Of a stretch of 64,000 nucleotides of DNA, positions 39,720 to 53,184 are shown in pieces; positions within the stretch are counted from its first letter, which is position 1, and each line of letters starts with the position of its first letter. The translations under genes and the position numbers were made by a program. Source of the stretch: Octopus sinensis (Eukaryota). Where the stretch lies: contig NC_043008.1 in the NCBI RefSeq assembly GCF_006345805.1, positions 59,458,001 to 59,522,000 on the forward strand. Direction: 5' to 3'. The notes under the pieces were generated by a model. That model made no database searches. It was not told where the DNA came from and saw nothing but the letters and a program-made list of their open reading frames with translations.

Positions 39720-40182
39720 TGGTTTTGGACCCCAAATCAGCACTAGTCGATTTGTCAAAAATTTTGAGGGGAGGCGAAGTCGATTGCATCGACCCAGTGC
39801 TCAACTGACATTTATTCACCCCCGAAAGAATGAAAGGCAAAGTCAACTTCACCGGCATTTGAACTGAGAACGTAAAGAATAGGAAAAGCCGACAAATAAA
39901 AGCATTCTGATTATAATCATACTGTCGTTCCAAACATCTAAGGTAATATTTGTTTCTTTATTACCCACAAGGGACTAAACATAGAAGGGACAAACAAGGA
40001 CAGACATACGGATTAAGTCGATTACATCAACCCCAGTGCGTAGCTGGTACTCAGTTTATCGACCCCGTAAGGATGAAAGGCAAAGTCGACCTCGGCGGAA
40101 TTTGAACTTAGAACGTAGCGGCAGACGAAATACGGCTACGCATTTCGCCCGGCGTGCTAACGGTTCTGCCAGCTCGCCGCCT
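39720..40182 (-). mobile_element. SINE family B, two copies
   Basis: Homology to family B. Further copies at ~12836-13049(-), 27000-27220(+), 30133-30428(-), 41380-41533(+), 46470-46650(-), 47050-47447(-), 47770-47990(-) and 62105-62260(+). Confidence 0.85.
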
Positions 40183-40608
40183 TCCAAACATCTAAGGTAA
40201 TATTGCTTGTGTCTTATTTTAAAAGATTGAAAAAATTTAGAGGCTTTCTCATCTGATAGTATAGTATGTATACAGGGTTATTTATTTCACTCAGAGTAAA
40301 GGCTTTATAAACTCGTTAATTGAGGTAATGGTTACACTGAAATTATTTCATTTCCTGTTTTCGTTTCCTTGAAGAGGTATCTTCCTCTACCTGGTAGCTA
40401 CTTTGCTCTTAAATGGTGGTGGGATTTTCTCCCGGACTTGTTGCTTAATGTCTTCATAATTCTTCAACAAAAATTCTGTTTTGCAAAAATACACATGAAA
40501 TACTGGATTGCATCTTTTGTACAATTTCTGTAGTTGACAGGGTTGCCATCTGTACCTAAAAGTAACGGTGAGTGCTGTAGAGTGGAAACTTCTAATCTAT
40601 TCGTTTAA

Positions 40609-41042
40609 CCCTTTGACTACATCAATTAAATTTCATATTCATTCGCGGTAATGATGTTAATTATAGGCAGAAGTAAAGAATACGCACACCACCCGTTTTC
40701 GACGTAACCCTTGAAAACGGCTGGTGTACGTATTTTTTACCTTCGCCTAATTATCCACCAAAAAAATATAAAACTAAAATTGATATTTTCTACTTTTGCA
40801 ATAATTTTTTCAGTATTTCATATAGATGCAGGTTTCATATCCACCACTAAAAGTATTTGATTCTTGCTCTGTAAAGAGATATCTCAAGAAATAAATGTAA
40901 AAGTTGAAGTCTGAAAAATTATCTTCAGTAAGAATGTTATTGGGGATGTCTCCGCTTCTCGTAGCAAAAGGAGAGGCTGTTTTCAAAGTCTTTGGGTAAA
41001 ACCGCTCTCCGTAGTCAACGATGATAAAATTTTGTCAAAAGG
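40609..41042. mobile_element. piggyBac-like MITE
   Basis: TTAA|CCCTTTGAC ... GTCAAAAGG|TTAA; the subterminal sequence recurs at ~43440-43514. Confidence 0.65.
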
Positions 41043-41879
41043 TTAAACTATGTAAGTTTTGAAAGCTCTATAGAATCCATGAATATCACAGCTTCCTAAT
41101 TTCTTTAGTTACTCTAGTTCTACTCAAATGGAAGTTAATTAGAGAACGAATCTAAAAATTGATTATATATATATATATCTCAAAAATTTACCAGAAAAGA
41201 ACATGGAATTAATGGAGGGTAGGTGATGTAAATAATTTTTTTTTTTTTTTTGATAAAAAAATTTTCACATAGCCAAAAAAAAAACCATCCAATTCCTTGC
41301 TCTCTTCTTTCCTATGAGGTAGTAGTAGCAATTCCGAAAGTCTGTCGAACAGTTTGGAAATGAGTGCAATAGTAAAATATTACCACGTTCTGAGTTCAAA
41401 TTCCGCCGAGGTCGACTTTGCCTTTCATCTTTTCTGGGTCGATAAATTAAGTACCAGTTGCGTACTGGGATCGATCTAATCGACTGGCCCCTCCTCAAAA
41501 ATTTCGGGCCTTGTGCCTAGAGTAGAAAAGAATAGTAAAATATTACCGATTTCACTTCGTTCTGTAATCTATTATTGATGAACTGACTTTGCTATCTATT
41601 TTCAAACCTCCGTTCAAGGTTTCAATTTACATTCTCGGTGATGTTTTCTCTTTTTTTATGAATGATTCTTAGATTTCCGTTTCATCTCCCCAAGATTTTG
41701 CCCTGAAACGTACCGATACGCGCAGGAATTTTTTAATGAGTCATAACAAACCTGTAGGTCTCAATAAAAACATAAAATGTATAATAAAATTTTAAAACCA
41801 AGAAGCTAGAGAACGGCTCTAAATAGTTTACAGAATTCCTTTTGGTGCTTCACTACACTGTATTTGCATAACCATTTTT

Positions 41880-42289
41880 GGATCTTTTCGGTTTGAACGG
41901 CAGTTTTTAACATAAATTCTCGGGAACTAAAAAATTTTAAACTTCGTATACTAGAAGAATGTGTTTATAAAACATCTTTTTCTCTTGGCTTTATTGAGAA
42001 AATTCTATAGTTTGTAAGATTTTTTTTTTTTTTTCAATTTTTGCAATTTCAACCAATCAGTGACGTCTATTGAAGTAAAAAGCATTCTGTGCCGTATAAA
42101 TATGTCCCACGTTTAAGAAGCAGATTGGGTTTATTTACATTTGTGAAGAAAAAAAGATACCCTTCCCCCTAACCAACCCTAACCCTAAAACAGATTGAAA
42201 TGCAATAGAACGATACTAGGGTCATAATTATGGGTGACAATTTCATATGACACCGCTAGAAAAAACTGCCGTTCAAACCGAAAAGATCC
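41880..42289. mobile_element. Second copy of the same MITE, opposite orientation
   Basis: Same TIRs; perfect 8-bp TSD CCATTTTT. Confidence 0.92.
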
Positions 42290-42615
42290 CCATTTTTACT
42301 TTTTACCGTCTCAGGATTGATTTAAAAGAAAAAGCAAGAAGTCAAATGCTGAACTAAATTATAATCCATACAGCGACCCCTAAAATTTGAAGTCTTGCAC
42401 CTGTATTGGAATTAACATCGTGTCTAAAAGTAATTAGGAGGTTGGCTTTGTGCTTAATCCGAAGGACAGTTATCTTGTTCTGTATTCATGATGTAGCCAT
42501 GCCAAGAAATTTTTAACTCTGATTCTACGGCAATGTCTGTTGGAAGACATCTGGAGTTTTATAACTTCTGCAAGTTGTCTTCCATTTTCCACAGGCATAA
42601 TTCACCGTCGGATGT

Positions 42616-42916
42616 GGAGGCACATAGCCTAGTGGTTAGAGCAGTGGACTCGCGGTCGAGGGATCGCGAGTTCGAATCTCAGACCGGGCGATGTGTGTGT
42701 TAATGAGCGATACACCTAAGCTCCACGCGGCTCCAGCAGAAGGTAATGGCGAACTTCTGCTGACTCCTTCGCCACAACTTTCTCTCACTCTTTCCTCCTG
42801 CATCTTGCAGGTAACCTGCGACGGATCGGCGTCCCGTCCAGGTGGGGGACCTATACACCAAGGAAACCGGGAAATCGGCCCTTGTGAGCCAGGCATGGCT
42901 CGAGAAGGAACAAACA
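42616..42916 (+). mobile_element. SINE family C
   Basis: 11-bp TSD TTCACCGTCGG (42601-42611, 42918-42928). Confidence 0.92.
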
Positions 42917-44845
42917 GTTCACCGTCGGTATGACGATCGATATATACAAACGGCATTTGGTGCCTTAATTGGTAGTGGGGTTAGACTTTATTGCATCCTT
43001 GCTGAGTCTCTTCTCTACATCCTTTTCCGATTAGCATTGGTAGAGATGTTACTATCCAGGCACGTGAACGAATCTACGATCTCCGGAGACTGACCTCCAC
43101 CCTTACCGGATTAGTTATTCTTAATTTTATTGCTAATCCGATGACTAGCTTTTGAGCTGATGTTGCTGAGATCGATGGTTGCCTTACATTATCATAGATA
43201 TAGTACTAAAGAGTTCCTGATCGATAGTGAAGTTAAGGTCTATGAGTGTTGCTGAACCCCATGTTATGCTATTTGATAGGTCTCTCATAGACTTGTCCAC
43301 CAAGAAATCCACTACCAGCAAGCGCAAAGCCACTGATTCGATAAACCGACATTTAGGTCCTGCCCTGAAGCTTTGTTAGAATGTTGAAGATTTGTGAGCA
43401 TAAGGAGTTTTTGTTTTTGGTTTTTTTTCGAAGTCGTGGGTAAAACCGCTTTTCGCAATTAACGATAATAATACTTTGAGCAAATATACGCTTCCCGCGT
43501 TCAAAGGGTTAAAGAGAGCAGGCATTCAAGTGTTGTTTTATTGAGAATTTCAAAAGTCAATATTTGGTTGTACTTACAATTCTTGCACATATCTATTATA
43601 TATATTCAGTGTATTTAAAACGTGTATTTTACGTTTTTTTATGATAGCAAATGTAGCTATAAATAAAGCACACGATACAACGAGTTTTTTAAAAAATATT
43701 CTGGGACAGAAACAAAAAGCTGACTGCCACTTGCGGAACTAGAACTACGAACCTACAGTTTCTCGGACAGTCGTCATACTATTGCATCAAAGCATCTCTC
43801 CGCCTCTCAACTGCCTATTTTCTGATTTTTCGATGCTTGAAAATTAAGATCTTAACTGTAAAGAAATTTCATTTTCTCGGTTGAAAGTTCAAAGCTTCTA
43901 GTTTGGACGGTTGAATGTTGGAGGTATGTTTTCGTATGATGTAATTAAGACTGACCGGAATACGACACATCCGTAGTTCAAGTCTTGTGGGTGGCTGTAA
44001 GCTTTTTCTTTTTTTTTTTCTTGTGGTTTGGCCTCCGAAGGTTTTTGTTACCTAATGTGTTGTGAAAAATTGCGGCTACATTTCCATTCGAGAACAACTT
44101 CGTGAAAGTTGCTTATTTTAATATTTCTCGACGATTCTACTTTATAATCTAAATATGTTCTCTGTCCAATTGCTTTGATTGATTGTAAAATAATAACCTA
44201 AAATTAGATTTTAATGATTTTATTAATGCTTACAGATTGCGAAAGAGAAATTAGACACAAGAAATATTGTTGGAATTTGGAATCTCGGCATTCAGAGAGT
44301 TTGGTATTACACTTTAGTCGATATCGACTACAAATCGAAAATCGTTAAAGAAAACGGAGCAGCACAAAATTTCCAAGGACATAAATACATTTTCACAAAC
44401 ATGGCTGGTGAAGGCTTATCACTGTGTAGATACGCAGTCAATTATTTCATTTACAAGGCAAAAATTTTAATGAAAGGAAACTGGACATCTCAGCTGCCTG
44501 GTTAATCTTATCTTTTTATTTAAATGGTGTGATTTTGCGTCTACTTAACATAACTTTTATTCTCATATTTCTCTATTTATTTAAAATTACTATAGAGAAA
44601 CAACATGTTTAAATAAATGTGATGCTCATTACAGTTTATAATTATTAATTTTAAAATATAGTTATTCGTTTAATTCTTTTTATTTGAGCTAGTATGACTG
44701 TGCGATTAAGAAGCTTGCTTTTAAGCCATATTGTTTCTGGTTCAATCCCACTGCAAGGCACTTTGCATGTCTTCTATTATGGCCCCGGGTTCACCAATGC
44801 TCAGCGAGGGAATTTTGGTCGACGGAAAGTGCGTAGAAGCTCGTC

Positions 44846-44884
<39 letters not shown>

Positions 44885-44898
<14 letters not shown>

Positions 44899-45125
44899 TA
44901 TAAAATCCGTTCTGTGTGTGTGTGTGTGTGTGTGTGTGTCTTCTAGGATCTCGGGCATCCTCCATCCGATTGCGCTCAAATTTGATATGTAGATACCAAC
45001 GGTATCAGGGCGAGTATAAGTCTTGTAAAAATTACAAAAATCGATTCCAAGTGAGAATGCGATCGATAAATCCGCGGGAACGTGCATTTGTACGCATGTC
45101 ATCTTTCAAAGGAGGCAATCTAACC
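44885..45125 (+). mobile_element. Helitron/HINE-like 5' fragment
   Basis: AT-rich start, (TG)n, then ...CATCCGATTGCGCTCAAATTTG, the same layout as the other Helitron 5' ends; no 3' hairpin found. Confidence 0.4.
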
Positions 45126-46666
45126 GTCCCATTGGAGCAGCAAATGCTGGCAGGTTCGTTTTGATATGTTTTTCACAGAATAATATAATAATTTCCTTGT
45201 GGTTATCTAAGCTCAAACTAGAATCTGAACTTAACAAGCTAACGAATCTTTCATTAATTCTAAAATTGTTTATTCATTACATATATGTTTCAATAAAGTT
45301 TGACACCATATTACACTAATTCGGGAAAATTTAACTTTGTCATAAACGTGATAGCTATGCAACGCTGGCAAATCTGTGTGAAACAGTTTTGGCAATTTTA
45401 TATACGGAAAGAAGTCATTAAAAAATTTTAAGGTCACTTGCCACATTGGATAAAAAAATTTGTTCTGGTTCCTTAACCGGAGAGTGAAGAACAACGGCTC
45501 AAACTTAGATACACAAATTTTTATAGCGGGTTTGTAACAAGCTGCTTCATCATCAGTGCAACAGGTAACCGATGTGATGTTCTCTTGTGAATCGATGCAT
45601 GATAGAGAATATAAACCAGACCACTTCAGACGATTCTTCCAATCGAACACACACACACACACTCTATTTTATTATTAGAGATATTAAGAAACACTGTTAC
45701 CAACCAAGTCTGCGGCACAGTTGAAATAAAAAAATTATTTTCAGCAATGGTCTCAATAATTCGATTGATATATATGTTTATTTGTCTGTATTACGTGTCA
45801 TTCTTAAGTAACTTTCGTCGCTTCCATTTTAAGACTAAAAAAGTATTTGGCGCGTGAGTTATGGAATCTAATTCCAAGAGGTTTAACCACCAACAGGTGG
45901 ACCGGTTATTCTTCATGTATTGAATTTTTGCTGTGACGGAAGATCGATATTTAGGTTCAACAAATAGCTAGAGAAAGAAACTCTGATGTGATTGATCGAC
46001 CGGCATGAATTAACTGTTGAATATTCTGTCATGTGTGTGGAAAATCTATTCTGTACCTTTAACCTGACGAAACGAAATAACAAAACTCTTTTATGAATTA
46101 CTTGTTGCAGGCAAAGATAATTTCTAGTTACCTCGGATTTCGGGGTTTGCCCTATCATCCTGATAGAAATACATTAGATTATATAGTCTTAATACACTAT
46201 CTGAAAGTATGACCACGGCTTCACTAAGCATTTTGTTCGGCGCGGACACAATTCTGCCAGCTTACCATCTTACCATGTCTTTAATAACAGGTCTTGCATT
46301 GATCAGAGCTTATCAGAAGTTAAACTACAATTACTGAGGGGTGTAACTACAGACGTTATTAATCTTTTTAAAGCTAAATATGTGCATAGTAAATAAAACT
46401 GAATAGGTATCTAAATAGGGCAAATGATTAAAATTAATAAAACTCAGTGATATGTTCGCAATAAGAAACATTATATTTCTTTCCTTATTGCCCAGAGGGG
46501 GATAAACAAGGACAGGCAAAGGGTTTAAGTGGATTACATCGACTCCAGTGTGCAAATGGTACTTATTTAATCGATCACGAAAAGATGAAAGGCAAAGTCG
46601 ACCTCGGTGGAATTTGAACTCAGAACGTAACGGTAGACGAAATACCGCCGCCCTGACCATTCAATA

Positions 46667-46973
46667 TTGTTGTTGCTGTTGTTTCTTCCTTCTCGAGCCA
46701 CGCCTGGCTCATTAGAGCCGGTTTCCCGGTTTCCTTGGCGTATAGGTTCCCCACTTGGACGGGACGCCGGTCCATCGCAGGTGAGCAGCAAGAGGAAAGA
46801 GTGAGAGTAAGTTGTGGCGAAATAGTCAGCAGAAGTTCGCCATTATCTTCTGCCGGAGCCGCATGAAGCTTAGGTGTTTCGCTCATAAACACACACATCG
46901 CCCGGTCTGAGATTTGAACCCGCGATCTCTCGACCGCGAGTCCGCTGCTTTAACCACTGAACCATATGCCTCC
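46667..46973 (-). mobile_element. SINE family C
   Basis: Homology to family C. Confidence 0.9.
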
Positions 46974-48199
46974 AACCATTCATTATATTGACTCAATATC
47001 ACCCAACCGTAAGCAATGATGCATTGCAGGTTCTCATTCCACGATAATAATACCTTCAAATTTTGGCACGAACCCACCAATGTTAGGTGGACATTGTAAG
47101 TCGATTATACCCTTCCCAGTTCTTAACTGCTGCTCATTTTATCGACCCTGAAAAATGAAAGGCAAATTTTACTGCAGTGACTTTTGAACTCGGATCGTAA
47201 AGAGTCGAACAAATACCTATTTCTTTACTACCCACAAGGGGCTAGACACAGAGGGGACAAACAAGGACAGACAAACGGATTAAGTCAATTACATCGACCC
47301 TAGTGCGTAACTGGTACTTAATTTATCGACCCCGAAAGGATGAAAGGTAAAGTCGACCTCGGCGGAATTTGAACTCAGAACGTAACGGCAGACGAAATAC
47401 TGCTGAGCATTTCGCCCGGCGTGCTAACGATTCTGCCAGCTCGCCGCCATCGAACAAATACCGCAAGGCAATTTGCTACGTCATTTTCACGATATTGTCA
47501 AGCCGCCGATCTTTAGTAATTGTCTCTAGCATGGTCACACCCAAGGTCAGAAATTTGGTAAAGTTGAGGCAGTTGAATTATATTGCCCCTGTATACGAGT
47601 AGTACTTTGTTTCATGAACCCTAGAATGATGAAAATCAAACTTCACCTTTATAACATTCCGTCGCTTTAACAAGTCTGTCTTTAGTAATAATTATTAAAG
47701 GGCGATGAATTGACGTTTTCTTAAATATTTGCTTTTAACATTCTTTTAAATAATTACTTCTAATATAATGATATTAACCCTTTCTACTAAAGGCATAAGG
47801 CCTTGAAATTTTGGTGGAGGGGACGAGTCGACCACATCGACCCCAGTGTTTCACAGGTACTTAATTTATTGACTCCAAAGGATGAAAGGCAAAGTCGACC
47901 TCGGCGGAATTTGAACTCAGCACGTAGCGGCAGACAAAATATCGCCAAGCTTTTCACCCGACGTGCTAACGATTCTGCCAGATCGCCGCTTTAAACATAA
48001 TGATAATGACGATGATTTTTTTCCCCTCGGGACCATAAATAAAGTGAGGTTTCAAAAACAAGCAAAATGTAATAGGTTTATACAAATTCGATTGTAGGAA
48101 AACAACAGTATACAAGTGGTAAAATATACAGTATACAGCAAGAATGAAATTAGTCGTCCCAATTGATGTGACACTGAAGTAGCACTTTCGTCATTGACA

Positions 48200-49460
48200 A
48201 CCAAGTGTAAGATCCATCTCCTCCATTTTTGTTCTTTTCGATCGGCGAGGATCAAATGGATACAAACTAGGACAAGGTTGTGTGCAAGGTAGCCACTCCC
48301 CTACGCCTGGAATGGACTGAGAGGAAACTATCCTCCAATCGTCAGGCAAATGTGTTGTCTCCATTATATATTACCTGATCGTCACGCCTTGACCTGTTTC
48401 TCATATGGCCAGTTCGGACAGCCTCTTCGCTCACTTCTTGTGATGCGTTGCACAAATCAAGCAATTCATATCTGTCTGCATCCTACGCACGGGTGGCTCG
48501 GTGTGCCGCGGCTGCTGATGCGTGACATATGCTGATGCTGCGACATTTCTAGAGGTTCTTTGATGGTGAACAAGTGTGGTTTTGCAAGCACCTCTTCCCA
48601 CAGCTCGTCTCCTTAACGGAGATGCAGTCCTGAGTGAAGACCATGACTGAGCGTTTAGCATCTGCCGTATTGTTAGGCGCTCACAGCCCTCTGTTAGTCG
48701 AATTATATTGTCGGTGGAACTTCCGAGTTGGTGATCTAAAGAATACCAATGTTGACGAGGGAGAGCGATGATGTCCTCAGGGAAATCAACTGTCTAACCT
48801 GTTCCGGAGACCTTTCACCTCAGGAACTAAACATAAATCCACAAATCTGACTTGGCGACAGTATCGGGAAGGAGAGCATTGCTAGTTTGAGACAAAATCC
48901 GCAGGCTCGGAGGTGCCGTGGGCCAAACCTGTTCCGGATGCACGCAGAGTAATGAAACCGTTTTGCACGCACACATTGTGGAATTTTGTCAAAAGTTGTT
49001 ACGAGTAGAACGAATTTGATAATCAGCCGATTCCACAGTGTCGATCGTCCGGCCGTCTTTGTCTGAGAATGGCAAGAAATTTTCCTCTGTCTGGTAGCTA
49101 CGGCGAAACATTTTTTGTGATAGACGAGACTGAAAGGTCTGATGACTGACGCTTTCCCCTTGATCAAGCCTCATCGACTATTTTTAAGTTTCACTTGAAG
49201 AGGTAGGTGAGAGGAGTTTCATCCAGAGAGGTAGGTAAGAGTATGGGATATGGTACTTGTGGATGGGCATAATTTGAGCATACGCGTGTAGGGCCGAGAA
49301 ACAATGAATGAGATGACATTAAGGCCTTGTAGCGTTTCCTTAGTTGGTCCTTTATGCTAAGGAATAGTTTTAGTCTGAAATTTTGTTACGGGTTTTCTTT
49401 TTGTCCTTTTGTAACTGTTTTTTTTTCTTGAGGCCTTATGGCTAATAAATAAATCATCCT
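48200..49460 (+). mobile_element. Degenerate L1/Tx1-clade LINE, 3' part of ORF2 plus 3' UTR
   Basis: Broken frames read ...WTERKLS..., CLHPTHGWLGVPRL, QTCSGCTQSNETVLHA (zf-RVT) and FFKFHLKR; ends AATAAATAAAT. Confidence 0.75.
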
Positions 49461-50064
49461 CACCATTGTCATCATTGTTGTTGTTTGTTGGTACTGTTTG
49501 AACTTCGGACAAAATGCTAAGCGGCATTTCTCCCTACACATTACGTTCTGGATTTAAATACCGCTCAAGTTAACTTTATCTTTCATTCCTCTGAAGTCGA
49601 TAAAATAAAGTAAAAGTCTTGTACCCTATCAACTTACCCTCCTGCCTCAAAATTGTTCAGCGTATTGTGGACTGCAGCGGGCGTATGCTCGGCGATTCTA
49701 ACCAGATGACCGCGGTGTTTCGGCAACACTTCACCGGACTGTTTTCGAGAGTCAGTAGACTTAAGACAATTAGGTTTGATGGCTACCTCGGCGTTTTGCT
49801 GTGGCTATCGAACAGGGTAATTTATTATGCGAGAAACGGATTTTAGCTGCTGAAATGGCGGATGTACTGAGCTGCCGGTGTAAGGGGGGGCGCAAATCGC
49901 GATATTGGATGGTCTACCCCTATGAGCAGCCTTCCGTTGAAGCTGGCAACAGACTGGGAGCAATGAGATGTGGTGACACTGCTGAGGAAGGATCTGAACA
50001 AGGGTTGCATGATTGAAAATTTTAGACCCATAACTTAGCTTAACGCAGAGTTAAAGATTTTAGT

Positions 50065-50449
50065 TCTCTTCTTCTCTTCTTCTTCACTCCGTCGGTTACG
50101 ACGACGAGGGTTCCGGTTGATCCGAATCAACGGAACAGCCTGCTCGTGAAATTAACGTGTAAGTGGCTGAGCACTCCACAGACACGTGTACCCTTAACGT
50201 AGTTCTCGGAGATATTCAGCGTGACACAGAGAGTGACAAGGCCGGCCCTTTGAAATACAGGTACAACAGAAACAGGAAGTAAGAGTGAGAGAAAGTTGTG
50301 GTGAAAGAGTACAGCAGGGATCACCACCATCCCCTGCCGGAGCCTCGTGGAGCTTTAGGTGTTTTCGCTCAATAAACACTCACAACGCCCGGTCTGGGAA
50401 TCGAAACCGCGAGTCCGCTGCCCTAACCACTGGGCCATTGCGCCTCGAC
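50065..50449 (-). mobile_element. SINE with C-type head and tail E, inserted in the LINE RT region
   Basis: 12-bp TSD AAAGATTTTAGT; tail identical in type to that at 28990-29165. Confidence 0.92.
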
Positions 50450-50541
50450 AAAGATTTTAGTACAGTGCTCGCCAAGAGGTTGGTGCTTGTTGTAGGTAAT
50501 GTAGTTGGGGGTGTACAGACCTGTGCGATCCCCAACAGAAC

Positions 50542-50993
50542 TATCCATCTTAATTTCCACCTTATGCTATACGTCGTTGAGCAGTTCAAGAACAGATCTG
50601 GCTTTGGTGGACGCTGATCAATTTGGATCCTTCCACGGCATTTGGCTGAGTGGGCCATCGCTACTAGGCGGTTGTCCTAAGCGCTGTCGGGGTCCCGTCT
50701 TCATAGACTGTTTGCTGATCAACTTAAGAGACAATCACTTGACCGAGCTGCAACCATGGGTCAAACGTATCCATCTTAATTTCCACCTTATACTATGCAT
50801 CATTAAGCAGTTCAAGAATAGATCTGGCTTTGGTGGACGCTGATCAATTTGGATCCTTCCACGGCATTTGGCTGAGTGGGCCATCGCTACTAGGCGGTTG
50901 TCCTAAGCGCTGTCGGGGTCCCGTCTTCAGAGACTGTTTTCTGATCAACTTAAGAGGCAAGCACTTGACCGAGCTGCAACCATGAGTCAAACG
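50542..50993 (+). repeat. 226-bp direct tandem duplication inside the LINE
   Basis: Units 50542-50767 and 50768-50993 are near-identical. Confidence 0.92.
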
Positions 50994-51989
50994 TAGACCA
51001 AAATTGGACATTTGGCATCTAGAATGTTGCTAGGTGCTCACAGCACTGTACCACTTGTGCAAGGCCGTCATTAGGAAAACAACTCTAGATTTATTTAGGG
51101 AGTTGTTTGAGAGTATGGACTATGATGATGTGAGAATGACTCTGGTCATCGATGAGATCAATCTCAATGTGAATAGTCTCTTCCGAAAGACTTTCAGGCC
51201 GTGGTCAATGGACAGATTTCAAGTCTCCTTGGCATGGCAGTCCTACATAAATGAGGATGGAGCAATACCTGTTCGAGACAAGCTATTCAGGTATGGAAGC
51301 GCCGGCAGCAGAACTTATCCAAAAGGTGTAGAGAGGGACGAAACTGTTCTGCACACCATCGTTCAGTGTCCGCACGTTGGCGATTCATGGGTTTGAGTTG
51401 AACATTTAATGCAACATACAGGACGAGTCCGATTGTCCGCCAAGTCTATAGTAAATATCTCTTTGGCAGGGAAGGGAGACAAATCTTTCTCTGTTTTGTG
51501 GCTGTGACGTAAGAGACTGATTGATTCGTATGGAAGTTTAGAAGAAAGGCATTTTTTTTTCTATTTGGCCATACTCTCATAAATTTTTTTAAGTGAGGGT
51601 AAAGAAGGAGGCTCTGCGTTCTAACGTCTTCATCAGAAAGTAGATTTGAATGGCAAGAATGGTGGATCAGAAGTGTCTTACTCTAAGCATGCTTTTCTAT
51701 GTAGGAAGAAAGTAGCAGAAAGAGAGTACTTTCGGTGCATTGGTGATGGCAGAGTAATCCGGACTCTTTGGCGTGTTGTTTCTACGGAATTATTCTTAGC
51801 GGAAAGCCTCTATATAGGGGATATTTTTTTGTTAAGTTTGAAATCTGAAAATCTATTTTTGACATTTTTTGTTATATCTTTATTGTTGCTATTTGCTTTT
51901 GATTGATGTAATCCCCATCTTTTCTATGTTGTATGTCGTCCTTTGATATAGTCTCCAATGTCCTGGGCCCTTGTTGCGAATTAAAGAAG

Positions 51990-52068
51990 TCATGATCATT
52001 ATCAACGACATCATAATCATCATCATAATCATCATCATCATCATCATCATAATCATAATCAACATTAA

Positions 52069-52102
<34 letters not shown>
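51990..52102. repeat. (ATC)n/(ATT)n trinucleotide microsatellite
   Basis: Direct inspection. Confidence 0.95.
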
Positions 52103-52628
52103 GAGTGAGAGAGCAGTGCATGTCATCAAAGTGACACTGAGGTAAAATATACGAAGCCCAGTATACCCATCATGACTACCCGTCTAATAAGGGTACACCA
52201 GTCACATGCATCACAACCATATGTGCGCGAGATAAACAGCGCATGACCTTGCAGTTGGTGCCCAGTTACAATTGTCTTCTGGTCGAGTAGCCCATCCCAC
52301 TTAAAAGGTCCCTGAATAAGGGTTGCTTAAGGATGTTGAACGAACCCCCATGTTTCCAAAGGTGAATTATCCAAACCTCTAAGAATTCCTTTCAACACAC
52401 AGTTATGATGCTCCCCCACTACTTCTGCTCGTGATCAGAGATGTACATATAGTCAGCCACTAAGGGACATGCTCAACTGGTTAAGGTCAAACAATTGACA
52501 AGCAAATCTGGGGTATTGAGCAGAATATTTGCTGTAGTCCATCTTTTATACCAAGACAAAACAATGTAAATGATAACACTTCCAATCAGTTAAGATCAGA
52601 AGCCCACGAGAGCCACTGCCTGCTACTG

Positions 52629-52630
<2 letters not shown>
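52103..52630 (-). mobile_element. Non-LTR retroelement 3' UTR embedded in (TAA)n, possibly Dong/R4-like
   Basis: 528-bp complex sequence bounded on both sides by (ATT)n arrays; ends ...CTCTCTCACTC-(AAT)n on the minus strand. Confidence 0.55.
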
Positions 52631-52669
<39 letters not shown>

Positions 52670-52771
52670 TATTATTATTATTATCTAATACTACATTTCC
52701 AGGGAAGAATGGCAAAATGAATGTATTATATCTTCATTAACATTTCTTTCTAGTGTTATTTCTAACAAAAA

Positions 52772-52827
<56 letters not shown>

Positions 52828-53184
52828 GGTGGTGTATAAAAGTCAGCATGACCTTGGTGGACTGACCAATGCTCTTTCATTATCTCTAACTCCACCTTCT
52901 ATATTCCAGTTTGTGCCTGACAGACACTATATAAGAGACAAGCAGAATTTCATCAAGAAGCTTGTAAATATGTGTTTCAAGTCAGACAGGGCACTACAGC
53001 TCATATGAGATAGCACCACACTTACAGATTGTATGGCATTCGTTCCACAGCACTGAAAAACAATATCGAAATTTCATGAATTTACATATGATTAACTGAA
53101 GTGATAAAAAAAAAACGGGTACACATGCAAGCTTGAGAGATTTTTCTGCCCTGTAAGCAAAAAGTAAGGACTTCTAAGGCCAAA

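Larger units (their letters stand above)
49620..51750 (+). mobile_element. Degenerate L1/Tx1-clade LINE ORF2 (RT start to zf-RVT) with SINE insertion and internal tandem duplication
   Basis: NFRPIT-LNAELKIL / VLAKRL...QTCAIPNRTIHLNFHL (RT domains 1-2) and AIPVRDKLFRYG...ETVLHTIVQCP. Confidence 0.85.

Noticed and set aside
48190-48660. Minus-strand IMETTHLPDDWR suggesting an RTE reverse transcriptase
   Set aside because: The plus strand gives a longer collinear L1/Tx1 ORF2 match running through zf-RVT to the 3' UTR.
52835-52841. TATAAAA as the SLC22 promoter
   Set aside because: The motif is too common in AT-rich DNA next to a (TA)n tract to support without TSS data.
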